A stretch of 63,864 bases of DNA, filler included, from Ministeria vibrans ATCC 50519 (Eukaryota > Protista > Filasterea), in the NCBI GenBank assembly GCA_943704425.1. It is 12 parts of 12 records of this genome, joined end to end, with 100 filler letters (N's around TTAATTAATTAA, not from the genome) between each part and the next. Parts side by side here need not be neighbours in the genome. Positions count along the whole stretch, not along the records: positions 20,655 to 23,650 come from CALSCP010001646.1; positions 23,751 to 34,786 come from CALSCP010000373.1; positions 34,887 to 36,583 come from CALSCP010001242.1; positions 36,684 to 49,400 come from CALSCP010000113.1; 8 more parts are not named here. One strand, written 5' to 3'. Position numbers and translations under genes: made by a program. How positions within the stretch are numbered: position 1 is the first letter of the stretch; every line of letters begins with the position of its first letter. The notes beneath the pieces were generated by a model that searched no databases, was not told the DNA's origin, and saw nothing but the letters and a program-made list of their open reading frames with translations. Positions 21,344 to 42,864 of the stretch are shown in pieces.

Positions 21344-21646
21344 AATGATGAAGCAATGACGGCTGATGGTTGGTGAGCGTTCAAATGAGACAAAAAAAAA
21401 TAAAAAGTGATTTAATTCTTACTTTGAAGTTCAAACAAACGTGAGAGTCCTACTAAAAATAATAATAATAATAATTTATTCTGTTGAATGCGTATGAAAT
21501 TATTGTGTATATATTTATATGGTATTATAGAATTTGTGTCGGTGGAAAGAAGAAAAAAAGAAAGGACAGAAGACTTTTTTGTACAATTCAAATCCACAAA
21601 TCAGGCCTCATCACCCTCACTCACTCATCAAACGTGCACTACTGAG

Positions 21647-22298
21647 TCACTCACGCCCAAAATCAAGGTAGATCGAATCCGGCGTAGGCTGCTCACGTAA
21701 GACGGGTGCACGGGAAGGCTGCTTGGCAATGAGTGGGCGCATCTGATGCTGAGCAGCCTCAAAATCATCCATCGTATGACAGTGCGTCTCGCGAGTTCGA
21801 CGCGCTATAGAAGAAACCCCAGCAAAAAAATTAGGGGATGTGGAAAAAAAATCAATATAGTACCGCTATTGAGCCACTCTGACAGATGCTTCACACGAGT
21901 ATCATTAGACGGGTGGGTCGACAAAAACTCGCGCTGGGAAGAACCCTCCAAACGACTCATTCGAGTCCAGAGACGCACAGCCTCGGCCGGATCGTAACAC
22001 GCACGCGCGAGTATCTCAAGACCTAGTGTACGTGTGTCATGCGGCGCACTGAGTGGTCATCATGCATAACATATATGTTTTTACCCACTCTGTCTGCTTC
22101 GTCTTCACATGCGCGCGAATTGGGGAGTTCCATAAGAAGCATTTGCAGCGAGAGCGACACGCCCGAGCCAATGTCAAGAAACACACTGGCAAGTACACGG
22201 ACTAAAACCATCACCTACAACAAAAGTTTACACATTCACAAATACACTCTCACTCAGTCAGTCAGTCACTCACTCAAACTCCTCCCCGTCCATCGTGT

Positions 22299-22391
<93 letters not shown>

Positions 22392-23160
22392 CGTCTATAC
22401 TTGCGATTTGGACATCTTCTCGGCCGAGTGCCGGCACACCTGATGTGCAACTTCGTGCCCAAGCACCACTGCCAATCCCGCTTCATTTTCCATAACTGCA
22501 ATTGTATGACATCCCATCAAGAGTGGATTGAATTTGGCCAAATATTTCTTACCAGGAAGCATTCCGGAAAACACAAACACTTTGCCGCCAGGAAGCACAA
22601 AGCAGTTTACAGTGGGGTCATCAATGACAAAGAACTCCCTACAGGGAACGGAGTCAATCCTGCTGCGCTGTGCTCGACGCAAAGTCCAACCAATCGACGT
22701 TCCGCAATCCACTTGCTTCTGCAATTCGCATCCCGACGCGCTGCACAGTTCGCGACACCGGGTGGCTCTGGTGGAGAATTTTCCCTTCGTACTTTCTCTT
22801 CATCTCCGCAAAGGCGGACTGGCCCATCCTGCGAGAGGAGGCGGAGGGTAAGCGACCCTTTTGTCATTGTGCTCCTTACTTCAGCTCAGCGGCAGGCGAC
22901 ACCGCCATAAAGCGGCGCCGATTGGTAAAGGGCACCGTCTCAAGATGTGTTACATAGTAGCCGGCGCCCAATACGACAGCAGCAGCGGCTGCGCCCAGAT
23001 AGCGCTGATGAGATTCGGTCGAGGAAGCTGCGCCGACTTTGTTGAAATATCGGAACCCTTCTCGGCGGTAATCGCGCTTAGGCGGCGTCAAGGGGCGCAA
23101 CCCCGCTTGTTTCACTGTCTGCCGCAACAGGGGGAGTCGACTTCGGACCAAATTTAACAT
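21647..23160 (-). CDS. OMA1: Mitochondrial M48 metallopeptidase OMA1
   Basis: HLETVPFTNRRRF, NCFVLPGGKVFVFSG, LAVVLGHEVAH, SRACEDEAD, FLSTHPS; Arg-rich targeting peptide. Confidence 0.92.
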
Positions 23161-23373
23161 GAAATTAAAAAAAAGTAACTTGGACGGACAGTTAGCAAAT
23201 AGGCAGGTCAAAAATGTATAACGGCTGTGTGAGTATGTGCCGTTCTAAAGTCTGAAAGAACTCACAGAAGTGAAATAGTGAATGACACAGCGTCTGACAG
23301 CGAGAAACGAGATTATTCTTTCACCTTTTGATATATTTTATTATTATATTTTTCTTTGTCTTTGGCTTTTGTA

Positions 23374-23650
23374 ATGGAACGACTCTCATTCGATTGCAAG
23401 TGCGATATTGTCGGCTGGTGTACCCCACAAGCGGCTGTGGCTTTGTCGGGCGTCAGCCACGAGTGGCGCGAAATTGTCGTTCACAGGTTTCACAACACTG
23501 CCACAGGTGAAGACCTCTTACGTCGACACAGATGCAGCGGTCGCACTGGAGGTTCTGCTGCGTCTGAGCACGCGGCGTCCGCCCCCGAAATGGCATGGTG
23601 CGCGTCGCATGTCTTCTGAGACTGTTCGCCATTTGCTGTCTGACGCGATG
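23374..23650 (+). CDS. Possible F-box-like protein, 5' part
   Basis: MERLSFDCKCDIVGWCTPQAAVALSGVSHEWREIV resembles an F-box; downstream frame unclear; cut by spacer. Confidence 0.35.
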
Positions 23651-24161
23651 NNNNNNNNNNNNNNNNNNNNNNNNNNNNNNNNNNNNNNNNNNNNTTAATT
23701 AATTAANNNNNNNNNNNNNNNNNNNNNNNNNNNNNNNNNNNNNNNNNNNNTTTTTTTCGTTTATTTTTTTATTCGATTTGAAACGACCGTTTCCGACGCT
23801 TATCTGCCCTCATTGTTGCCCGCCTTCTTTCACGGACACTCCTCATCGGCGTTTCCCCCTGTCGCCTCTCTGCGTGACTTTGTCTTTTTTTTCGTTGGCG
23901 CAATGAGATAAAAAAGGACTCGACCAGCAAAGTGAAACCGTTGCGCTCAACGCGACGCAAACGGCTCGTTGCGCGGCACTCGCTCTTATCGCATCCTCGT
24001 CATTACCTTTCCTCCCCTTCCTTGGCCCCAATGCCCTCGCCATCATACCACTTTGTCTCGTTTTTGGTGAAAAATATCGTCACATCTTTTTTATTTTTGT
24101 ATTTTTTTTTTGTATGTGTCATCTAACCGATTTGCTGTGTCGTCTTTTTCATCGTCACCAG

Positions 24162-25485
24162 CATGGTCTGTGAAAAGGACTATGACGACGCGATCTCATG
24201 GTCAGGCAACGGCACAAGCTTTCTGGTGCAGAAGGTCGACAAGTTTGCGTCGCAGTGTCTTCCACGCTACTACAAACACAACAACTTTGCGTCGTTTGTG
24301 CGCCAGTGCCACATGTACCACTTCACCAAAGTCAGCTCGGTTGTGAACGAGACTCTTGGCGAGTCGCACCGCTGGGAGTTTCGACACCCTCACTTTATCA
24401 TGGGCAAGCCGGAAATGTTGCGTCGAATCAAACGCAAGACTTCGTCGACACCCCTCTCAGGCACCACGGCCGCCTCTGGTTTGCCGTCAAACATGTCGGC
24501 AATTGTGCGTGGTGGTAGTGGCAAGATGTCCGGTGGTGGCGGCGGCAGTGACAGCATGGCTGGCAACGGCGTCACACTCGACGCGACTGCCGTCCAGAAA
24601 GAACTCATCAACATGCACCAAGAACAGATGCGCATGAGCAAGCTTGTCAAGTCGCTTCAGTCCGAGAACGCCGAGTTGCGATCCATGGCTGAAGCAAACC
24701 AAAAACAATTTCAGCGTGTGCTCACCTTCCTTGCCGCCGCTCACAGTCGCGAACCTCGATTACAACAGGCCATCTCGGACATTGCTGCTTCCGATCCCTC
24801 CACCAACGTGCCCATGCCCATCACCCCGCCTCCACTTCAGTTCCAACTCAGTCTGCCTTCTTCCGCCTCCATGCCTCAATCAAGCACAGCAGCATCGGTG
24901 CCCTTCTCCCCGATGAACCTCGGCACTCCCGACCCGTTCTCTTTCCTCAACATGGATACCTCTTTCGATTTGGCGCCCGCTGCTAGCACTACCGCCGGCA
25001 ACAGCAACGCCAGCAGCGCCGCTGTTCCTACTGGTAGCGCAGCGTCGACCGACACCAACGACATGTCCCTCATGACCATGAACAACGACAGCGACCTCTA
25101 CTGTGAAGACGACAGCGACGTCGTTCTCGCAGAAGGCACCGCCGACTTTGTCGAAGAAGACTTTACCTACCCCTCCGCCGTACCCGCACCGAGTTACGGC
25201 AACAACAACAACATGACCCTGGCGCGCACGCCTTCCACCTCTGTCACTAGCCCGACCGCCAGCAACACAATGCCCACCGTCTCCGCCTCGACTATTGTCG
25301 AGATTCCTCGTGGTGCTCCTTTGCCTTCTGGTGCGGTGCGTCGTGGCGCCACTACCACCCGCAGTGTCCGCAAGTCCGCCTCATCGTCTACACCCGCCTC
25401 TACCACTCCCTCTGCCTCCTCTTCTTCCTCCTCCTCGTCGTCGTCTCTTGTTTTGGATCGTCGTCGTGGTCTTATTGTTCACTAA
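24162..25485 (+). CDS. Heat shock factor family transcription factor (first exon not located)
   Basis: ISWSGNGTSF, LPRYYKHNNFASFVRQ, WEFRHPHF, LRRIKRK; HR-A/B coiled coil LQSENAELR; low-complexity tail. Confidence 0.9.
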
Positions 25486-25618
25486 TCATTAAAAACGAAG
25501 TGTATTATATTATTATTGTGAAGAGAAACGTCACATTCCGTGAAAACGAAACGGAAAGACTTTGTCAAATGGGAAGACGTCCTTTTATACAAGCTATTCA
25601 TTACAAGAGGGAGTGGTG

Positions 25619-31402
<5,784 letters not shown>

Positions 31403-31621
31403 GCCACGATGAAAATTATTAATAAAAAAGTAAGTGGAATGAATGACTGATTCAGTGACTTGTCTGATTGACTGACTGATTGGTGAGCCACTTGTGAGCG
31501 AGACCCCTGGCCTCTCTCGTATCACCAGCCATGAGTGATCATATGAGCTGAGTCCTCCATTGACTGAATTCTCCGTCTCCTCAGTCTCCGGGAGAAAGTA
31601 ATTGGAATTGTAAATCATTTG

Positions 31622-33037
31622 TTATTTTCCTACAAGTTGGGCATGTCTCTCTTGAAGCAGAGCGAGTGTGCGTGTTGCGTCCTCAAGAGCATCGTGCTGC
31701 TCCTCAAAGTCCCTCAGCAGCGTATGATTGCTCACAAGTGCATTGTCGCGCTTCAAATGACCATTGGCTGCGCGCACATAATCGCGCGCCCGTTTCGTGT
31801 GCGTTGCGACTGCTCTCTGTTCCCCAATCCGGCCGTCCAGATCTCGCACTTCTCGCCACATTTTCTCATTTTGACGTTCGGTAAACCGGAGTTTCTCTTT
31901 GACATGCGCCATTATCTACAAAAAGAAACAAAAAAAGCAATTATTCAATGCATGACTCATGGCGGAGTATTCTGACCTGTGTTGTCTGTGAGTTTTTTTC
32001 TCTCCACTTGAGCTGCTCGTCACTGCGATCGTTAAGCTTTGCGGCCAGCGCGCGATTCTCAACGCGTAGCTGTTCATAGTCGACCAGGTGCGCTCCCTCG
32101 CCCAGTCGGTCCATCCGCGCGAGCGTCCCTTCCACCTGGCGCAGTCGTCCGCTCAGTTTGATGTTCTCCAGTCGCATTGTCGACACCTCTTGCTCCTTTT
32201 TGCTGGTTTGTGCCATTTGACTCTCCCACTCCTATACATCACGTCATGGAAAACATTAGAATAAATAAAATAATGATATAAATCCTTTGTTACCTCTGGT
32301 GGAATGGTCGTGCCGTTGTGTGAGACAATCGCACTCGCGGAAATGGCGGAGCGCATTGTGCGAAACTCGTCGCGCGCCTTTTCCAAGAGCGTCCGTTTCT
32401 CTTCGGCACGTGCGGTGAGCTCGGTAATGGTGCGGTGGAGGGCGTCGAGCGACTGGGCGTGAAGTTGTCGTGTTTCGCGCAGTGTTGTCATGCTGTTGTT
32501 GTAGCGTGCAATATCCGCAGCGCTGCTCTGTGGCGCTACCACGGCTGTCGAGCCGCTCAATGCCGACTTTCCCAAGAGGATCTCGGCAATGCGTCTTTCG
32601 TGGTCGCGTCCCGTGGCTACAAGCGACGTGCGCTCCCGCAACACAGCATGGTATTCATCGAGCAGTCGAAGACGACGCGTCTCTTCACTCTCCACCGCAA
32701 CCGCCACATCGTCGGCGTCCCCCTGTCCCACGCCGTTTAAGTCGTTCTCTTTCCGACTCGACTCGCTACTCGCGTCGCTCTCGTCGTCGCTTCTTTCTTC
32801 GTTGCCATGGTCACCGGCTGGCATTTCCTTCTCCTCTTCCCGATCAATATCCGCCTCCTCTTCCGCATCACACGCCTCATTATCACCCCCTTCTACACCA
32901 CCACTGATGGGTCTTGAGTCCTCTGGCTCAGCGACAACGTTGTCATTTTGAGATCCTCCAATTATATGATGCGATTCGCGATCGCGATCGGATTCAATAA
33001 ATTGCTCCTCATTTACGTCGGGCGAGTCTATTTCCAT
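31622..33037 (-). CDS. CCDC96: Coiled-coil cilia protein CCDC96/CFAP184 (DUF4201)
   Basis: Acidic N-terminus; KKEQEVSTMRLENIKL, LGEGAHLVDYEQLRVENRAL, AHVKEKL, LLRDFE. Confidence 0.82.
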
Positions 33038-33121
33038 CGTTAGATTCTCAAAGATTCTTTCGGAAAGGAAGTAAAAGAAATGTTAAATGTAATCATAAAT
33101 AATTAATATTAATGTACAAAT

Positions 33122-34546
33122 CTATTGAACACATTCACAGGTTTTCGTGGCGCGACTGTGCACCTCGACGGCATCGGGCGGGATCGTTTCGCGTGCAGCC
33201 AAGGCGTCAACGTGTGCAACACCACGGCGGAAAATATGGCCCATTTCGCAGCGGATGCGGTTGAGTGCGCCATAGCGGACAATGTTCAGACGGGGCTTGA
33301 TGCGCGTGACGTGTGCGGCGTAGTTGAAGGAGAGCTGGTCGCGCGACGAATAGCGCATGACTTCGTTGAACCATACGCAGGAGAGGTGGCGCGTCTCGGG
33401 GGTGTTGCGCCGCACAAAAAAGGCACCCTCGGCGAGTCCGTCGTGGCGCGGGTACCCTTCAACGTCGTAGTACTGGTGCATCTGCGAGTGGACCGTGTCG
33501 GCGCGATCGAGTGGTACGGGACGGTTAAGAATGTGCAGCGCCTCGCCGTGTGCGTCGTCAATGGCGTGGCGCTGCCACTCGCTGGCCGGGTGGCTTGCCA
33601 TGCCCCACAGCATTTGTGCGTCGTGCGTGGGGTACAACAGAGCCCCGACAACCGCCTCGACGCTCGTTCGTAGAGCCAATTTGCCGTCCATCCACAGCAG
33701 TGTTGTTGCCTGCGGAAAGAGGCGGTGTTGCAACAGTTTGGGAATCTTTCCCTCGAGACGTGGTGTTTCGGGAAACGCTCGCCTGCCTTCGGGCGGAAGA
33801 ACAATGGTAGTCCACAGTGATAGGCCCGTCGAGTACGAATGGTTTCCGGCGCGCTCCTGCTGCTCCCACCATGTCTGCGTGACTACATCGATAAAGGCGA
33901 CGTAGCAGACCTGCTTCACTCGCTGATTGCAGTCACCCAAAATGCGGTCTTGAGCGCCAAACATGGCTGTGGCAACAACCGTCTCGCAGTCCATGTGCAT
34001 TGTTTGCCTTCGTATGTCGTCCCACAGCGAAGGCGCGAGGAATCCGCAGTGAATAGGAGTTGATGGAGGCGCTTGAGTCAGAACATGGAAGCTTGCATTT
34101 CGATCGTCCATGGTCGGGCGCCCTTCAAAACGAGTCTCGCTCGCGTCCCTCCAAACAACCAAGGGCAGTTCGTGGCGGTACGGATCACTGGCGTCCGTCG
34201 CATCGCGTGCGGGGTTAGTCACGTTGGCCTTTGGCGCAGTGTTTCGCTCGCGATCTGCAACGGGCCGGTACCGCCTCTTGGCGCTTGCGTTTGCGTTGGC
34301 GCCAGCGTCAATGGACTCTGCTCGAGCGTTGTTCGCAACTGGGTCGTGAAGTCGAACGTCGATAGCTGCGCTAACAGGCACAGTCACACGATGGGTGTTT
34401 CCGCCGTCAGCGACATTGAGTGGCATTTTAGGGGCTGGTGGTTGCACGGGCGTTGCCGGCGAGGAAAGCAGCGTTACCAACACCAGCACAGCACAAAGAA
34501 CAAGTGCAATCAAAGGCTTGCGAAAAAGACGACGACGCATGAACAT
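33122..34546 (-). CDS. Type II membrane DUF616 (MUCI70/TOD1-like) putative glycosyltransferase, intronless
   Basis: N-terminal TM; VVATAMFG, CYVAFID, GKIPKLLQHRLFP, LWMDGKL, LSCVWFNEVMRYSSRDQLSFNY. Confidence 0.85.
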   Translation of the reverse strand: MFMRRRLFRKPLIALVLCAVLVLVTLLSSPATPVQPPAPKMPLNVADGGNTHRVTVPVSAAIDVRLHDPVANNARAESIDAGANANASAKRRYRPVADRERNTAPKANVTNPARDATDASDPYRHELPLVVWRDASETRFEGRPTMDDRNASFHVLTQAPPSTPIHCGFLAPSLWDDIRRQTMHMDCETVVATAMFGAQDRILGDCNQRVKQVCYVAFIDVVTQTWWEQQERAGNHSYSTGLSLWTTIVLPPEGRRAFPETPRLEGKIPKLLQHRLFPQATTLLWMDGKLALRTSVEAVVGALLYPTHDAQMLWGMASHPASEWQRHAIDDAHGEALHILNRPVPLDRADTVHSQMHQYYDVEGYPRHDGLAEGAFFVRRNTPETRHLSCVWFNEVMRYSSRDQLSFNYAAHVTRIKPRLNIVRYGALNRIRCEMGHIFRRGVAHVDALAARETIPPDAVEVHSRATKTCECVQ

Positions 34547-34639
34547 CAAAGGTGCATCAAAATTGATTCAGTGTGTTATCTTCAAAACCTATAAACTATT
34601 CATTAATTTGAAATCATTCAATTTTTTTACTTTGTGAGA

Positions 34640-34711
34640 ATGGCTTCTGCCGAGGAACTTGACGCCCTCCTCGGCGCGCTGCTGACACCCGACAACGATG
34701 TCATTCAACAG
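34640..34711 (+). CDS. IPO4: Importin-4-like, first exon only
   Basis: MASAEELDALLGALLTPDNDVIQQ followed by a GT donor; contig ends. Confidence 0.65.
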
Positions 34712-34907
34712 GTTCGAAGCCCCGAAAAGAAACCCAACGCCGAAGCAGCCCTCTCGCCTGCTCCTCCGCCCGCCCAGAATGTCTTCNNNNNNNNNNNNNN
34801 NNNNNNNNNNNNNNNNNNNNNNNNNNNNNNTTAATTAATTAANNNNNNNNNNNNNNNNNNNNNNNNNNNNNNNNNNNNNNNNNNNNTTTTTTGTTTCTCT
34901 TCTTTAG

Positions 34908-35081
34908 CTTTGGCTTCACCGAACTGCTTTCGAAACCAAAGCTGAGGCCTTCCGCGAGGAACAGTTGCGCGCTCAGCGAAAAGCGCAACGTCTCAACTCC
35001 GAATCAGACCAAAACAGCTCGTCCGTCCAACTGTCCAATTTGAGTCAGAATGTGTTTGCACCGATGAGTACGGACGCATAA
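34908..35081 (+). CDS. Terminal exon of an unidentified gene
   Basis: Pyrimidine tract plus TAG acceptor at 34907, then an open frame LWLHRTAFETKAEAFREEQ... to TAA. Confidence 0.45.
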   Translation, partial: LWLHRTAFETKAEAFREEQLRAQRKAQRLNSESDQNSSSVQLSNLSQNVFAPMSTDA

Positions 35082-35300
35082 CCTTCACACACACGCACAC
35101 ACACCACAAAGACAGACAGGCACGCACCCCGCAAAGACAGACAGACAGACAGATGCACAGGCACGCACACAAACCATTGTATCAATAGGCGGCGAAATTT
35201 TTTCATTTATAGAGAAAGAAAGAAAGTGAATGAGGAAATTTCATTGCTAGGTTGACAACAGACACACATAGGTAACCGAAAGAACCTTGAGTGTAAATCT

Positions 35301-36563
35301 CTAAAGCTGATGCCCACCCGACTGGATCCACTGGTCGTACTGAAGACGCAGTTCGCCCATGACTGCGGCTGCTCCGCCACGTACAATCTTCTTGTCAAAG
35401 GCCTTGAGAGGACAGCCGTCCAGGTTCATTTGTTTCAACGCACTACAATGTGCACAGAGAGTGGGGGGGGTGGGTGTGAGAAGACACACAAAGACACATG
35501 CAGAGTCAGACAGATAATACGAAAAAATATACAGCCGCACAAAACACCCAGAGACAGAGAGACAGACAAAGAAACAGAAAGGAGACAGAGAGGAGACAGA
35601 CATACAGACAAAACAAAGTGATAGAGAGAGACGTACGGGAGTGACGCGAGCTGGAAAGGGAGGTTCATCAGACCAATGTTGTCGGCCAACTGAAGATTCT
35701 CCAGCTTGACGAGCTGGGAGATGTTTGGGTTGACGTCTCGCAAACGGTTGTCGCCCAAGTGAAGTTCTTCAAGGGCACCCGAGAGCACACAAATGGCATT
35801 GTCGATTTCAACAAGGTTGTTGCTCGCCAGATTGAGTACGCGCAGTGCTTGGCAGTTGGCAATTGACCTAACGACACAGACAAACATGACAGAATGTGTC
35901 AAAAAAATTGCGACAGTTTAAAAAAAAAAAAGAACAAAAGAAAAACGATTATATTTTTTCGTTTTTTCTTCTTCGTACGATGGAACTTCGTCAATTTCGT
36001 TTCCTTCACAGTCAAACTCACTGAGCTTGATACACGCTCCAATGTTGACGGGAAGAGACGTAAGACGGTTGTTACTGCAGATGAGCGACTCAAGGTCGGT
36101 CAATTGAGAGACGGTCTCTACACGAATGGACACGAGGCACAATGTAAACGGGAGAGTACTGTGGGTCTAGGATAATCGTACCGGGGAGAGAGGCCAATCT
36201 GTTGTCGGACACATTGATCTCCATAAGCATAGGGCACTTGTGGAGGTCTTCGGGGAGACGCAGAAGGTCGTTTGCAGCCAGGTTGAGCGTCTTGAGAATG
36301 GGACACGCAAGGTACCCATCCGCAATCGTCTGGATTTCATTGTTATCTGCATCGATAATCTATCCGCATGCACACATAAAGAGACAAAAAAAAAATCAAG
36401 TCAGTACACGCACTCCATCAAACTCCATCAAAAAATCAAACTCTATCTCAATCGATTCTCTTACGCGAAGATTCTTGCATGAGCTGAGACCAGCCGGAAG
36501 CGAACGGAACTTGTTGCGACTGAGACGGAGAGTCGTCAAATTGACTAGTCCGGAAATCAGTTC
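35301..36563 (-). CDS. SHOC2/SUR-8-like leucine-rich-repeat protein, 3' part
   Basis: Cytosolic LRRs; C-terminus LQLADNIGLMNLPFQLA...MNLDGCPL...IVRGG parallels SHOC2 LYLNDNPNLHSLPFELA...MSIENCPL...IVAGG. Confidence 0.7.
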
Positions 36564-36712
36564 CTACAGGGGGGTGGAGGGGGNNNNNNNNNNNNNNNNN
36601 NNNNNNNNNNNNNNNNNNNNNNNNNNNTTAATTAATTAANNNNNNNNNNNNNNNNNNNNNNNNNNNNNNNNNNNNNNNNNNNNTTTTTTTTATAATACGC
36701 TTTGCAACATAG

Positions 36713-37259
36713 ACACAACTCAACCTCATCAAAGGTGGCGGGGGATGCCAGACCCAGGAGAAAATTGTAGCTGCGGCTGGAGCTCGCTTTATTGTTGTGG
36801 CAGATCATCGAAAACGGTCGGAGACGTTGGGAGTTGAGGTAAGACGCACTAAATCCTGCACTCTCTTTGCACAACCATGGTTAAACTCTCTCCTGTCGAA
36901 AGTGGACCAAAGGTGTTCCCATTGAGGTCGTTCCAATGGCGTATGCTTCGCTAATTGGCCAGATTGCATCGCTCGCCTCAAAACTTCAGCTGAAAGAGCC
37001 ACAAACGACCCTACGCATGGCCAAAAGCAAGGCAAGCTACGAAACACAGCTCGCTTTATGTTAACATTGGTGCCTCTTTCGTTTAGGCGGGACCAGTGGT
37101 GACTGACAATGGTGGTCTTATTCTTGATGCAATCTTTGGGCCTATTTCAGACCCCGCGACACTCAATAGGGAGCTCAAGGTTCGCACCCGGGTGTGAGAA
37201 ATATGAAACTGATTGTCTGTCTGTGTCTGTATCTGTCTATCTATCTCTATCGATCTGTA

Positions 37260-37303
<44 letters not shown>

Positions 37304-37405
37304 TAGATGTTGCCGGGTGTCGTTGAGACAGGTCTGTTTTGTGGAATGGCCGAAAGAGCCTATTTTGGAATGGCCGATGGAACTGTGACTGTCTTGAACA
37401 AGTGA
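36713..37405 (+). CDS. RPIA: Ribose-5-phosphate isomerase A, 3' part
   Basis: Manual translation: [42 protein letters not shown]; stop 37403-37405. Confidence 0.93.
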
Positions 37406-37533
37406 AGGATTTTCATTTGATTATTTACGTACAAACCCAAAGGAGTTATAAACAAAACAGAAAAGAAACGAAAAGACAAGCGGACGATGATGTGCAAAAA
37501 GTGGAAAGCAGTGTGTGTGTGGTTCGTGTGGTC

Positions 37534-38150
37534 TCATCTTGAGCCAGCTCCCTTCTTGATTTTGCCCTCGATAAAGAGACATCGGCGATTCGCTATGACA
37601 GAACAGTCAATCAATCGTCTTGTTTCGCATTCCTCTCACCGATTGGATCAAATTTGACCATTTCAAGCTTGGGCGTGATCTTGTTGCGCATGGTGGAGTA
37701 GAAGTAGCCCGTGTTGGCGGTGCTCACAAGGCGAACGAGAATGCGTCTAAAGAACAAAAAATGTGCCGTCCGAGAAAACACAATGGTTGTTAGTAAACCC
37801 GCGCAAGCGTGTGTCTCATTCGATGAAAAACAATGTCATAGGCGACGGCAGAGGAAACGCATAGTCGCTTGACCGATGCGCATTCGAGAACAGAGTCGAA
37901 AAGACAAATTTGTCTTCTTCAAACTGTCAAATCGACGAAATTGCACACACACACACATCTCCACCGGGCATAGTAAGTGTCGAAAAAGACACTGCAAGGG
38001 AGAATTGGGCGCAGAGCAAAGAGGAAGAGGGCAAACGGAGAGAGAAAAGAGCAAATCGAATTGTGTGAGATGGTGCGCCATGCCCGAAGGCTGTCGTCGC
38101 TCGCAACTCATGGCGTGTACATGGTGCCCTTACCCGATCTTCTTTGCCAT
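37534..38150 (-). CDS. MRPL33: Mitochondrial ribosomal protein bL33m, 3 exons
   Basis: MAKKIG|[35 protein letters not shown]|[14 protein letters not shown]; not in ORF track. Confidence 0.88.
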
Positions 38151-38503
38151 CAGAGGTAACTCAGCAGTAAACGTATTAAAAATGAATGTAAATTGTGTGT
38201 AAAATTGTAAGATGTAAAAAACGTTATTCAAATCAATCATTCAACGAGTATAGCAACGACCAACGTGTAGTTTGATAGAGATCAAGTGACAAGTAGGGTG
38301 AAATAAGGTAATCAACTGATCGCTGGACACTGATTGTGAATGACGACGTCAGAAATGCTCATCAAAACTCGCTTCAGTGTGCTGACTATACTCTTGTCTT
38401 AGTCATTGATCAATCATCAATCATCAATCATCAATCAATCAAGTTGGTACTTAACACGCGCTCGATCGCATCTTTTCCCCGCTTCACATTCGTTCTCCGA
38501 GCC

Positions 38504-42801
<4,298 letters not shown>

Positions 42802-42864
42802 CACCCCTCCTCTTTATTATAAACAAAGTTTAAAAAAAAAACATTCAATTATTACGTTCCGTTA

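Noticed and set aside
37750-37890. Possible H/ACA snoRNA in the MRPL33 intron
   Set aside because: No H box; the region is explained by a TACTAAC branch point and the pyrimidine tract
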